From the NCBI GenBank assembly GCA_963663965.2, contig CAXXFK010000016.1:1-64000 (forward strand): a DNA stretch of 64,000 nt. Reading direction: 5' to 3'. This DNA is from Sedimentisphaerales bacterium (GTDB lineage Bacteria > Planctomycetota > Phycisphaerae > Sedimentisphaerales > SM23-30). Under the pieces are notes generated by a model. That model made no database searches and was not told the DNA's origin. It worked only from the letters and a program-made list of their open reading frames with translations. A program made the position numbers and the translations under genes. Shown here piece after piece: positions 39,701-51,171 of this stretch (within the stretch, counting starts at the first letter, position 1; every line of letters starts with the position of its first letter).

Positions 39701-40899
39701 GTAAAATTCTCTCCTGTCAGAAAGCCATTGGCTTCCAGCATCGCCCGGGCCTCCACCTCGGACAGTCCTGCTATTTCCGGAACCGGCTTCACTTGATATC
39801 GCTCCCAGGCCAGCAAAGGATACTCCCCCTCTTTCATCGTCCAGACGCTCAAGTCATCACCACCCACGGCTAAATTCCAGCCGGCGTCTAGATAGGTATC
39901 TCTCCGCTGCATGGCCTCCGTACTCAATCCAATCCCGCACTTCCCTTGATTGTTATCCTCTACCCCGCTAACTGAAATATCCCAGAAACAATGGAGTACC
40001 CTCTCTTCCTGGCAAGTCCCTCCAACCAGCCCTCCCAGCCGGCAATTCCCGCTCGAACCTTTCACTCTGACAATCGAATAACAATCTTCCATCGTATAAT
40101 AATTCTCACCACAAAGCCCACCGGCTACGTAATAACCATAAACCTCACCAGCAGTATGGCAATTCACTATCCGGCCATAATTACTCCCTACCAGCCCACC
40201 GGCCATCCCGCCCGATACATCGCCATAGGCGGCACAATTCTCGATCAGGCCGTAACTGAGCCCGGCTATCATCCCCGTATTCCGCGAATCCTTGTTCGAT
40301 CCGGTGATCGAAATATCCTTTAATATCAGATTACATATCTCGGCGCCCTGCATCAAGTTAGACACAAAACCCGTTTCCCCCGTCCCATTGCGGATCTCAT
40401 GGCCACGACCGTCGAACCGGCCGTAAAACAAGACCTCTTTCATATTCAATCCCAGCAGATCGATATCCGCCGTCATCAGATAATTCCCCGTGATACCGAC
40501 TCGCCAAACATCATTTCATAATAATCACCGATCGTCCCGATCAAATACGGACTTTCTTCGCTGCCGTAGCCGCCACTATATCGATTTTTCTTATAGACCG
40601 TCAACTCAACCTTGATCCGCGCCGGTGTCCCCATATCCCCCGCCACCGGGTTCTGACTCATTACCATCCCCGACCCGACGGTGTCTTTATATTGAAACGT
40701 AATACTCCCAATCTGATAACCCGGGCCGCCCAGCAGCGCCAGTGCCTCATTGATATCCATCCCCACCAGAATCCGGCATCGCCACCTGCTTCCTCCTGGA
40801 TAATTCCATTCGAATCACCCGCCCCGCCTTCGCCTTCGCCCAGCAATCCAACTGCAATAACCAATACCACAAACCAGGACGCACATAACACTTTTTCAT
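36747..40899 (-). pseudogene. Large secreted modular protein (PASTA, GLUG-like repeats, dockerin-like motif, 3 LamG domains), several frameshifts
   Basis: Consecutive overlapping ORFs: VMSQNP PASTA; GGLVG/CFWD GLUG; GDLAGEPGVDLIDF; three AxWPxD...DVRIY LamG units. AGGAG RBS before ATG 40899. Confidence 0.7.
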
Positions 40900-41072
40900 A
40901 GCAAACTCCTAACAACTGTCTGCTTCCACAGAATCCGGGATTAAAAATTACGACTTTTCAAGATAATAATAAATTATTATGGGACTATCAGTAATAGACC
41001 CACTTTATTTTTAAAGTTACGAAAAATTTTTTAATCTCACAAAAACGCTTGATACCCGTCTAATAACCCAAT

Positions 41073-41105
41073 AAAAATCCGGGAGCCTTATCAGGTCTCC
41101 CGGAT
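41073..41105 (-). terminator. Intrinsic terminator
   Basis: ATCCGGGAG/CTCCCGGAT stem followed by T5 on the minus strand. Confidence 0.7.
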
Positions 41106-41132
41106 CACAAAATTAGAACTGCCATATAAATT

Positions 41133-43673
41133 TTAGCCGTGATCAGAAATCAACGGCCAGAAAGGACGCCTGTCCAGCCATTCTCCCGACATTATTGCCA
41201 GATCTCCCAGGTCGACATCGCAGTCATCATCCAGATCGGCTACCAGCCGGCAGGCAGGATCACAGGCATCACCGATGCCGTTTTGATTCAAATCGCGCTG
41301 GTCCGGATTAAATAATTCCGGACAATTACTCACAGATATCACCAACACGGTCTTCATCAAAATCCTCCTGCTCGATATTAGGCATATCAGGACAGTTGTC
41401 ATCCACATCGGGAATACCGTCCCCATCCCGATCCTGTAAGTCAACAACAATCTCCATATAACCGAGTTGCCGGTCATTTTCCAGATCGTAGGCTTCTACC
41501 CGGAACGGGGGCGACTGTATCGGCTCCAGCGGCTGACCGGGGCTCACGCGGCAACAGGGGCGATTCGATACGCAAGAGTACCCCAGGTGTGGACAGCACG
41601 CTGATTGTCAGGGAATACCATCCATCCTCAAAATCACCAACCCGTTCAGCCTGCTCAAACAGCAATTCCACCTGCCACAACTCCGGATCGCGATTCTCCA
41701 GCATAATCAGAATCGGCTTCTGGCCAAATCCATCATGATCGACCCGGAACGGAAACTCGATATACCCTTCATAATTCATCGGGGCTGGCGGACTGCAACT
41801 GTAGCTCGCTTTGACGCCAATGATATCGACTATTGCGATTGCGTTCATTGTTGCCCTTATTCGTATCACAGGCCGCGCTGACAATCCCCCAGAAACAGCT
41901 GTGCTTACTGATCGGCAGACTGTCCGAAACACCCGGCGTCCAGGTACGCGAAAAAGTACGGGTCGCATTGACCGCCAGTGGCCCGGCTGTATTGGCCGTG
42001 GGTCCCGAACCGATCGGCAGACGCCTGCGCCGGACCGCTCGGTCCAAAAATACCACCGTTCCCAATCGACGGCAAAATCGCTGACCGCCACCGGCCCGAC
42101 ATTCTTCACGGTCACGGTAATCGTAACCGGCTGATAACACTGCACCGTCGATGGCGAATAAGTCACCGAAGTCACCGCCAGATCGCAATTCGCCGGCGGC
42201 GCCTTGAAGATCGCCCCCAGATCCATCAATCCGGCCCCCCACGTGGTATCCCAGCCCACTGTCCCTTTATCTTCCGCGGTATCCATCAGCAGTTTTTTAA
42301 CCCGCTGCGGGGGTAATTGCCGTATTGCGTTCGATGATCAACGCCGCCCCCGCCGGCCACCATCGGACTCGCCGCTGAAGTAGCCGCGCCAAAATTCGTA
42401 TAACTGCTGGTGCTGTCTTTCAACGGGGCCCGGATATCATAACTGCTCGTGCCAAAAAACACATCCGGCTAGGACAGGCGCGCACGCACTGGTTGCCGTA
42501 GGCCGTGATATCCGGCTTGGAATTCATCCCGGTCCCCGGCCCGGTACGCGAATAATTGGCGATCGCATCATCCCCCCGGCTCACCGTACCCATATGAGTA
42601 GCCGCAGCCACCGTAATGGCGCGCGAAGTCACGGCAATCGATCCCATGCCGTTGTTGGCGCCACCGCAGCCGGTCGGCTTGCCCACGCAGGTGTCATTAT
42701 TCCCGGCCGATACACACAACCACTACCCCGCTGGCCACCAGCGCTTTCCAGCGAAGCGGTCAGCGCCGTTCCCGATGACTCGCAATAACTGCCAAAAGAC
42801 AGATTCGCCACCCGCACCGCCGGACTGACCGTACTGCCATTCCACGTGAGCCAGTCCACGGCCTGCTGGATATTGGATTCCGTAGCTCGAACCGCTGGTG
42901 CCCGGCGGCGTGATCCGGCAGTCAAACAGGCTGGCTTTGGCGCGCGATACCTCGATTGTTACCTGCAGCATCGCCACGTCCCAGCGCGCAACCGCGCTAC
43001 ACAGGTGCCATGCCCCCTGCTGATCGTCCGGATTGCCATAAGCCAGATTATTACTGCCATCGATATACAGTCCGGCCACCCCCGGTGCGCCCACCGCCGT
43101 CGGCAGATGACTGTGAGTTGGTACCCGCTCCGCCGGGATCATCCACCCCGGTATCCAGTATGGCAATGGTAATCCCATTGCCACTGTAACCCTGGTCCTC
43201 GGCAGTATTAGGGCTGTACGTCCGAAGACTTGTGAGCCTTCAGCGCCTGGCCGGAGGTCGTCATTTGCGGCTCGACTATATGATCCAGATGAACATAACC
43301 AGATCTCCGGATTCATTCCCACCAAGACAGGTCAGTTGATCTGGCCATCACCCCCCGAACCACCGACGCTGGCCACTACCGTCGATTGATAACCCACCTG
43401 GCCGCCGGTGATCTGGACAAACTGTTCGATCTGCATGATCAGCTCATCCGGCCGGCAATCATTCAGAAAACAGATCATCACATCCACCATCTGACTCGGA
43501 TCCTCGGCAATCATCCGGTCCAGCACATCCTCCAGCCTGTTGCCATTCTTGTCATCCAGAAATTCACGCGTATTATACCACTCCCTTGGACTATATAAAG
43601 CCCAGATCGGAGCCACACACACCATCATCAGAAATAGAATCATCCACCAGATAATTTGACTTTTATATTTCAT
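41133..43673 (-). pseudogene. Secreted subtilisin-like S8 peptidase with CARDB, thrombospondin-3 repeats and dockerin-like tail, heavily frameshifted
   Basis: Read across frames: ITIAILDTG, HGT, KPDITAYG, TSAASPMVAG, DLAVTSV, DGDGIPDVDDNCP, ADLDDDCDVDLGDL. Confidence 0.7.
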
Positions 43674-44108
43674 AACTGCATCTCCTTTTATGAGATTTGA
43701 AAATTGTTTAAACAGATCACCCAACCCCTCTCACCAGATGACAGCTCTATTTGCGCATAAACACCCCCCTTTCAAAACAACATGATTTCGCATCTCAAAT
43801 TGACTACCGGAACCTGATTATTCGATTATAGAGGGACTGCCATCCACCAGTTTCCAGATATACACAATAATTAAAATTAATAAATGATCAAAAATCATAT
43901 TTTTCATGACTGAAAACCGGACTATAGGGGATTTTTCCCCGGTATGCATACCTCCATCTTGCCAGACACAAGCCTCTGCATTTAAATTCATTGAAAAATC
44001 ACCAAAAAATCAATTTGATACCCAATAGCAATAGGAGTATCATCGTTTATCTTGCGAGCTGGAGTAAACAATCTAATGCTAAATTAGTGTATGAGAGGAG
44101 AACGGCTC

Positions 44109-45684
44109 ATGTCGTCAGACCATAATAATCAGTGGCCCTTGAATCGTCGCCAGTTCCTCCAGACCGCGGCCGGCGCCGCTTCCGTCGCCCTCCGCTGACC
44201 TCCCTGAATCCGGCGCTTATTCGCACAGCAGTCAACGCCCCGCCAGTCACGCCCCAATGTCCTGGTCATCTTCGATGATCAGCTCCGGGCCGATGCTTGC
44301 AGTATCTACGGCGGCCCGCAACATCCAGACCCCCAACATCGATCTCGTCTCGCCCAACAGGGAATCCGCTTTACCCACGCCACCTCCAACCTGCCCGCTC
44401 TGTACCCCGTTCCGAGGCATGCTCCAGACCGGCCGCTATCCCACCCATTCCGGCCTGGTCCTGAACTGGGTCGAAGCCAATCCCAACCAGCGCTGCATCG
44501 CCCACATATTTAAAGATGCCGGATACCAGACCGGATTCATCGGCAAATGGCACCTCTCCGCCGGCCGACTCAAAAAATCGGGGTAAATACAAACCAAACC
44601 AGAAAGCCATCGAAGCCTACTCTGCCGAGAATCCCAATACTGAATTCACCCCTCCCGGCCCCGACCCGCCTGGGATACGACCATTGGAAAACCTTTAATT
44701 TTCCATACCGCGCGTTTCGAAACTGGTCGGTACTATCGCGATGAACCCGAAAAGATCGTCACGACCGACTACGAAACCGATGGCGAAACCGATCTGGCCA
44801 TCCGCTTTATGAAAAAAAACCAGGCCGCCAACCAACCCTTCTTCCTCATGGTCGCCCCCGCCCATCCGCCGCATCCACCCTTCAATGTCGATTTCCTTCC
44901 CGAAGGCTATCTGGACAAAATCCCCCAGCAGCTTCACTTCTCACCCAACGTCCCCCAGGACCATCCGCGCCGTAAAAATCCCCTGGCACTACGCTGCTAT
45001 TATGCCATGGCCAAAAACGTCGATGACAACCTCGGGCCGGATCATGGATTTCCTCGACAGTTCCGGCCTCGCCGACAATACCATCGTCGTCTTCACCGCC
45101 GATCACGGCGACCAGCACGGCTCGCACACACCGCATCAACAAAATGGTCCCGTACGCCGAATCTGTCAACATCCCACTGATCATCCGCTGGCCCGGCCGG
45201 ATCCCCGCCGGCGCCACCAGCGACGCCCCTCTACAGCCCTATGGACCACATGGCCACCCTGTGCGGCCTCACCGGCCTGCAACCTGCCGACACCTCCGAC
45301 GGTATCGACCTGAGCCGGGCCGTTCTCAACAAAGGCCGCGTCGCTCGCGATGCCCTGCTGATGACGAACTACGCCTCACACTGCTGGACTACTTCCAGAC
45401 CGGTACCTCCTGGCCCGAATGGCGGGGAGTCAGAACCCAGCAATACACCTACGTCAAATGGCTCACCGGCCGCGAAGAACTTTACGACAATGCCGACGAT
45501 TCCCTTCCAGATGACCGAACCTGGCCGAAAACCAGCAGGATTTGCCCCGGCTCCAAGCCATGCGCCAGACCCTCAAGGACCTGCTCGCCCGCGCCCATGA
45601 TGACTTCCTGCCCGGCTCCCAATACGCCCGACTGGTACGACGACCAGCGCAACCTGATCCGCACCGCGCCTGGGCCCAATCTGA
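44109..45684 (+). pseudogene. Tat-exported sulfatase, heavily frameshifted
   Basis: LNRRQFLQ, PNVLVIF, TPNID, CTPFR (CxPxR), TGRYP, GKWHL, FTADHG. Confidence 0.8.
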
Positions 45685-45803
45685 CAAGCCGCCCCCCAGG
45701 CCGCCATCGCCTTAAAATGGCTCGTTATCGCCGCGCTTTGTATCAAACGCCCGAATTTCCCACACCCGCAGTTTATCCGCTCGATCCTGAAAATATCGCG
45801 CGT

Positions 45804-46586
45804 TTATCTCTCTCGCCGCCCCATATCCTCAACCTGGGTATACCCAATCTCCTTTAAATCCTTGACCAGCCCTTCCGGCTCCATAAAATTCACCCACGGC
45901 TCTCCAATACTCATCATCCGGTGCGACAACAAACGCATAATCAGCCGTCGTAATATATTCTCCGCGGAATGAGGGGTCATATAATCAAACACAACACCGC
46001 TCCCGGCAGGCGTGGAGGTGTAAATAAATTTCATCGTCTCCATCACAGTCTCATACGCAAGATACATGGTCACACCCAGCCACGAAAAAAAAGCCGGCTC
46101 CCCGCCATCAAACCCCGCCTGAATTAACTGCCCTGCCAACGACTGCTTTTCAAAATCAACCGGCACATACACCAGATTTTCCGGCGCCATAATCCCGGCC
46201 GCCGCCAGCAACCCGCGCTTCCATGCCTGGGTAGCCGGAAAATCCACCTCAAACACCTTCAAACCCGCCGAGGCATACGGATTACGATAAGCAAAGGTAT
46301 CCAGCCCGGCCCCCAGCGCCACATACTGCCGAACCCCCGCCCGAACCGCATCGCTCAACATTTCCTCAGTATACCGGCTCCGCGCCACCACCAGCGCCCG
46401 CAGATGGCTATAAGGGGCGACCCCGAAAAACCGCTTGCGCGCATGGAGTTTAGCCTCACCCTGGGCCCCAATGATCCTCATCGCCAGCGGATCGTCAAAC
46501 ACCCGCGGATCATCAAATACCTGATGCCCCGCCCGCATCAGCGCCACCTGATAAGCCGTCATACTGGGACAATCGTCTTTCACCAT
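45804..46586 (-). CDS. SAM-dependent methyltransferase (LCM/O-methyltransferase family); C-terminus probably frameshifted
   Basis: DPLA, ARSR, QYVALGAGLDT, FEVD, WLGVTMYL. An alternative frame continues INARYF. Confidence 0.85.
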   Translation of the reverse strand: MVKDDCPSMTAYQVALMRAGHQVFDDPRVFDDPLAMRIIGAQGEAKLHARKRFFGVAPYSHLRALVVARSRYTEEMLSDAVRAGVRQYVALGAGLDTFAYRNPYASAGLKVFEVDFPATQAWKRGLLAAAGIMAPENLVYVPVDFEKQSLAGQLIQAGFDGGEPAFFSWLGVTMYLAYETVMETMKFIYTSTPAGSGVVFDYMTPHSAENILRRLIMRLLSHRMMSIGEPWVNFMEPEGLVKDLKEIGYTQVEDMGRRER

Positions 46587-46804
46587 CCACTCCTGACTAT
46601 AAATCGAGTTGGTAACATCCCCATCAATATACCACCCTTGCCATCAAAAAGACACCCTGATTTCACCAATACCACTATCAAACTTTCTCTTTTTTTTAGC
46701 CGGATTTTTGTCTCTTGCATAATAACAACTGCCCCCCGCATGTAGAGAAGCGATGCTTCGTGCCTTGATGGTATCTCTAAAATCGCTAAAAGGTGTCCGA
46801 TAGT

Positions 46805-47743
46805 TTATTGTCGATCAAGCCATTCTAGGATGGCGTTAATGCTGCCACTAGCCAGGGCGATGCTCATATCCGCTGCACCATAATACATGTGGATTGTATC
46901 ACCATCGGGACCAATAGTATAGCCACACGGAAAGACCACATTGTCAACATCTCCAAATTTCTCATAGGGTTCTTCCGGCCCAAAAATCCACTCATCCCCG
47001 CGTTTGAGGCAAATCTCTGGTGAGTGCAAATCAAACAATGCCACTCCCAGCCGATAAATGCTGCCAGATGCGTTCTCACGTACCCCGTGGTATATGACCA
47101 GCCAACCCTTATCCGTTTCAATTGGCGGAGGTGAAAGTCCAATCTTATTCGCGTCCCACCATCCACCCTTCCGGGCTTTTAACATCAACCGGTGATTGCC
47201 CCATTGACGCAAATCGGATGAATAGGATATCCATATGTGCGCGCCGATTGAACTGACCGGACGATGGATCAAAGCCCAGTTACCGTCAATACGGTAAGGT
47301 AAGAGCATCGCATCTTTATCTTCCGGCTGCATGATCAAACCATAACGTTCAAAGTGACAGAAATCTTCCGTAAGAGCCATAGACACGCCAGGGCCGTCGT
47401 GCGTATAAGCCGTATAAACGACCGCATACTTGTTTAGTTCGTTGACGAATGTAATACGAGAATCTTCAATACCCCAAAGCTCCTCAGGATAGTTCTCCGG
47501 ATCAGGCAAAAGAGTCGGTTGCTTATCAATCAGCCAGTTGTCTTTGCCATTGGCAGATCGGGCAGCACATAAGTGGGATTGCCCGCGTCGGTCCTCCACT
47601 CGGCAAAGAAGCAGAGTCGTGCCGTCAGACAGTAGCGTAGCGGCAGGATTAAATACGCTATGAGCCGGATAGGGCCAATCCGCAGCGGTTAATATAGGAT
47701 TCGACTTGTGACGGAAAAAAAGCTCAGGATATTGGTATTTCAT
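46805..47743 (-). CDS. GH130-family mannoside phosphorylase/hydrolase
   Basis: VFNPAA, EDSRI, DKDA, HRP, KIG, YHGV, VVFPCG, YYGAAD. Confidence 0.88.
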   Translation of the reverse strand: MKYQYPELFFRHKSNPILTAADWPYPAHSVFNPAATLLSDGTTLLLCRVEDRRGQSHLCAARSANGKDNWLIDKQPTLLPDPENYPEELWGIEDSRITFVNELNKYAVVYTAYTHDGPGVSMALTEDFCHFERYGLIMQPEDKDAMLLPYRIDGNWALIHRPVSSIGAHIWISYSSDLRQWGNHRLMLKARKGGWWDANKIGLSPPPIETDKGWLVIYHGVRENASGSIYRLGVALFDLHSPEICLKRGDEWIFGPEEPYEKFGDVDNVVFPCGYTIGPDGDTIHMYYGAADMSIALASGSINAILEWLDRQ

Positions 47744-50048
47744 TGAATGATTTCTCCTCAGTCAGTAAGGGATTTTCAGCTAGTCGCAACTCCAGAAGCG
47801 CCTGGAGAAAGGCCAATGTCGCCTCAGCGCCCTGGTTTTCATTCACACTGTCTGGATGCAATCCATCCCGACAGCCCCCCGTGGTTGGGTCATAGACAGG
47901 TAAATTCAAGTCATTGCGCCCGAGGAACCAATCGAAGATAAGGCGGGCTTCCTTGCGCCAACGAGCATCGATGGTGATCCGATATGCTTCGAGACAGGCC
48001 GAGACCATCGTCTGCGTCTCGACTGGTTGTTGATCGAACCTGGCTTTCTCACCATTTTTTGGGTAAAAACCATTGGATCCGACTGGAACAAAATATCCCG
48101 TATTCGAATGCTGTAAATCGGCCAGCCAACTTAACGACTCCAATCCTGCTTCTACCATGCTGGCATTAGGTATTGCCTGACCGCATAAGAGCAAGGCATG
48201 CGGTAACGCGGCGTTACAATAAGTTAACGCCTCCTCGTACCATCGCCATTTATCCGAACGGTTATGTTGATAAAGCGAAAACAATCGCTCGGCTAATTCA
48301 TCCCGCACTTGACCGGTTCGTCTGTCGCCGGAAAAACGATGCAGGTATTCCTGAATGCCAATAATTGCGAAAGCCCAGGCTCGGGGACTGGTGGTGCTGA
48401 GTATAGACGGCAATGCCTGCTCGAATACCCATCCTGCCATTCTTTGCAAAACAGGTGTATATGAGCGGTTCAACACGGAACCCAACGCCCACAAGGTGCG
48501 GCCCTGACTGTCATCGGAACCGGCCTCTTCCAGCCAGTGGCGCTGGTAATCCATAAAGTTGCGGAACCGGCCGGTGTCCACATTGAATGCATACCAGATA
48601 TAGGCAAGATAACGGGTGCTTAACTCTAAGGCGGCCTCATTGCCCAAGACCTCCAAATACGTACTCACTATCAAGGCCCTGGCGTTGTCGTCAATACTGT
48701 AACCCTCGCGATAGTTCGGAACGATGAACGTGGCATGTTGCAACATGCCGGTGTCATCGGTCATCTGTCGCAGATGATCAAGTTTGACGATTGGCAATTC
48801 GGTCGGACGTTTATCGAGGGGCTTGACCGCGAAACCGGCCGGTATGAAATGGCGCCGTTCAACGCGGGCACGCTCAAAACTCGCTATATATTGATGCGCC
48901 ACTTCTGGCCAGATCATCTTGCGTCCAAACAGATAAGCCCGTTTACGCATGGCGTGTCGCTGGGATTCATTGTCTAAAAGGCTGATAACCTGCCCGGCCA
49001 GAACTGCCGGATCTCGAAACGGCACCAGCAAACCCCGCCCCTCTGCCAGCAACTCTTGGGCATACCAATACGGCGTCGATATCATTGCCTTGCCTGCTCC
49101 CAGGGTATAGGCAAGGGTGCCCGATGTAATTTGTGCTTCATTAAGATACGGTGTGATATAAATATCGGCCGCGCTAATGAACTGCACCAGTTCTTCCAAA
49201 CTGACAAAGCGGTTATAAAAAATAACCTGACCTTCCACCCCTTTCTCATGGGCCAGCCATTGCAGGGATTGCCGGTATATCTCGCCTTCATGCTGAACGA
49301 CATGGGGATGAGTTGCACCCAGGATAATATACACCACATTCGGATAACGGCTTAAAATGTCGGGCAAGGCGGCAATAACATGTTCATAGCCTTTGCTCGC
49401 TGAAAGCAGTCCAAAACTGAGCAAGACGGTTTTTCCCTCAACACCAAACAAGTCCTTATAAAAACTTGGATCCACAAAGGGCACATCGGGAATGCCATGC
49501 GGGATCTGGTCGATCTTCTCAGGTCGAACGCCGTAAATCTCATGCAATAATTCCACGCCGTGATTGCTCATAACTACCAGGCGGTCAGACAATGCCGCAA
49601 CTTCTTCCAAAACACGTTTTTGACTTGGATTCGGTGTACGCAAAATAGTATGCAATGTTGTAACGACAGGCATTCGCAATTCTCGCAAGAGCGACAGGAT
49701 ATGACTACCCGCTTGTCCGCCAAAAATGCCATATTCATGTTGCAGAGATACGATGTCTACGTTGTTGATATTCAAGAAATCAGCCGCTCGTCGATAGGAA
49801 TCTATATCTTTTTCCGTAAGTTCAAACCGAACGCGAGGTGGATAAGGATAACCACCTGCAACATCATTGACCGGCAAGGCGATGCAGGAGGTTTCGCGAT
49901 ATTGACTGGCTATGGCCTCGCACAAATCTGTTGTAAATGTGGCGATACCACATAATCGCGGCAGATAGTTACCGATAAATGCAATTCGACTGAGAGTTGA
50001 ATTGGATAGATGGTCTATAGCGAACCTCTTTTCTGGCAGCCAGTGCAT
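47724..50048 (-). CDS. GT4 glycosyltransferase fused to an (alpha/alpha)-barrel-like C-terminal domain
   Basis: PRLCGIATF, QHEYGIFGG, SFGLL, TSGTLAY; GYSIDDNAR, FDQQP, NQGAE. Start uncertain (ORF extends to 50171). Confidence 0.85.
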   Translation of the reverse strand: MHWLPEKRFAIDHLSNSTLSRIAFIGNYLPRLCGIATFTTDLCEAIASQYRETSCIALPVNDVAGGYPYPPRVRFELTEKDIDSYRRAADFLNINNVDIVSLQHEYGIFGGQAGSHILSLLRELRMPVVTTLHTILRTPNPSQKRVLEEVAALSDRLVVMSNHGVELLHEIYGVRPEKIDQIPHGIPDVPFVDPSFYKDLFGVEGKTVLLSFGLLSASKGYEHVIAALPDILSRYPNVVYIILGATHPHVVQHEGEIYRQSLQWLAHEKGVEGQVIFYNRFVSLEELVQFISAADIYITPYLNEAQITSGTLAYTLGAGKAMISTPYWYAQELLAEGRGLLVPFRDPAVLAGQVISLLDNESQRHAMRKRAYLFGRKMIWPEVAHQYIASFERARVERRHFIPAGFAVKPLDKRPTELPIVKLDHLRQMTDDTGMLQHATFIVPNYREGYSIDDNARALIVSTYLEVLGNEAALELSTRYLAYIWYAFNVDTGRFRNFMDYQRHWLEEAGSDDSQGRTLWALGSVLNRSYTPVLQRMAGWVFEQALPSILSTTSPRAWAFAIIGIQEYLHRFSGDRRTGQVRDELAERLFSLYQHNRSDKWRWYEEALTYCNAALPHALLLCGQAIPNASMVEAGLESLSWLADLQHSNTGYFVPVGSNGFYPKNGEKARFDQQPVETQTMVSACLEAYRITIDARWRKEARLIFDWFLGRNDLNLPVYDPTTGGCRDGLHPDSVNENQGAEATLAFLQALLELRLAENPLLTEEKSFNEIPIS

Positions 50049-50237
50049 TGGTATGCTTTCTGGTCCATAAAAATGGCCTGGCAAACTGGATCTGGCCACT
50101 TTTTGCGAGGGTATTATGCCAAACTGCCCGCATTTTACATTTCGACGCTTAATTTCTTTCAGGACTGACACAACCCTGAGAAACGCATTGCCATTTGTGA
50201 TTATAGAACAATTCTACCTATTAGAACAGATTTAAAT

Positions 50238-50520
50238 GGTTCTTCCGAAAAATGAGTAGTTCATGTTGCAAAAAAAGAGACATGACTTTACGGTTTGAGG
50301 AAAAAAATAAAACCTCATATTAGGAGCTAAAGTCATGTCCACAAGTATGTTGTATCATACTTGTGGTGTTCGGGGTGTTCAATATCAAAAAACAGAATAT
50401 TTTTGCGGACAAAAGCGTGATTCACGGGATCCTGCCGGCGGATAGTCTGCGTTGCCCTTGTTGCAACTTCCGTAATTTAATTTACTTCGGTCACAAAGGC
50501 CCGGAGGTTTTCCCTGGTGC
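50238..50520 (+). mobile_element. Truncated ISL3-family element (left end plus transposase N-terminal stub)
   Basis: GGTTCTTCCG end-like sequence; MSTSMLYHTCGVRGVQY then, after a frameshift, LRCPCC zinc-finger-like motif. Confidence 0.65.
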
Positions 50521-50558
50521 CCGCCGGCTTGCGTCAAATGGACTTGCTGGTCACGGCC

Positions 50559-50902
50559 GGGTGGCCTCGGCTATGTGTCCCGGGTGGCATCTATAAAGAG
50601 CTCGAAGTCAAGACAAAAAAACTCCGTTCTCACAAAATTCTGTTTTATTTCGAGAACAATCCTTCGTTAGCCAACAGGGCCGGCGACGGAATGGGAACCC
50701 AAATGGCGTTCCGTTTGGTGCGACAGATTGATTATAACATATCGACAATTATGATAAATATGTTGTCATGCATCTATCAGAGACTGACGCCTGTCGTGGG
50801 CCGGTAAGCCCGGCGCCGTCCAATCTAATCATTGCGACACAGCAAAAACATACTGCCGGCAGGGTGGCCTCGGTTAGTCCAGGCTGTCCGGGGTGCCATC
50901 TA
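50559..50902. repeat. Two REP-like copies GGGTGGCCTCGG...TGTCC.GGGTG.CATCTA
   Basis: Copies at 50559-50593 and 50862-50902. Confidence 0.6.
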
Positions 50903-51014
50903 CAAGCGAAACGCAGTGTTTGTGGGTGCAATAACGCTTCGATTGAAACAGACTGATAATGGAAGATTGGCTATGACACGAAACAGGAACGGACTCATGT
51001 AGACGAATAACGGC

Positions 51015-51171
51015 TATCGTAAGAAACGGCGTGCGTTCAATAAGCTGGGGCATTCGCATGAGCTGACTTTCAGCCAGGCAGCATGGGCAAAACAAGTTTT
51101 ACCCATTCTACGGGCTGGCGTTCCTAAAGAAATATGAAATCGAGTACGATGAACAATTGATCTGGAAATAA
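51015..51171 (+). pseudogene. Fragments of Y1 (HUH) transposases: RAYT-like N-terminus and IS200/IS605 TnpA-like C-terminus
   Basis: YRKKRRAFNKLGHSHELTFS (51015-51074) and LAFLKKYEIEYDEQLIWK* (51115-51171), separated by a palindrome at 51083-51106. Confidence 0.55.

Noticed and set aside
39770..39795. VPE motif as a PEP-CTERM signal
   Set aside because: It is internal, begins a PASTA domain, and has no TM or basic tail.
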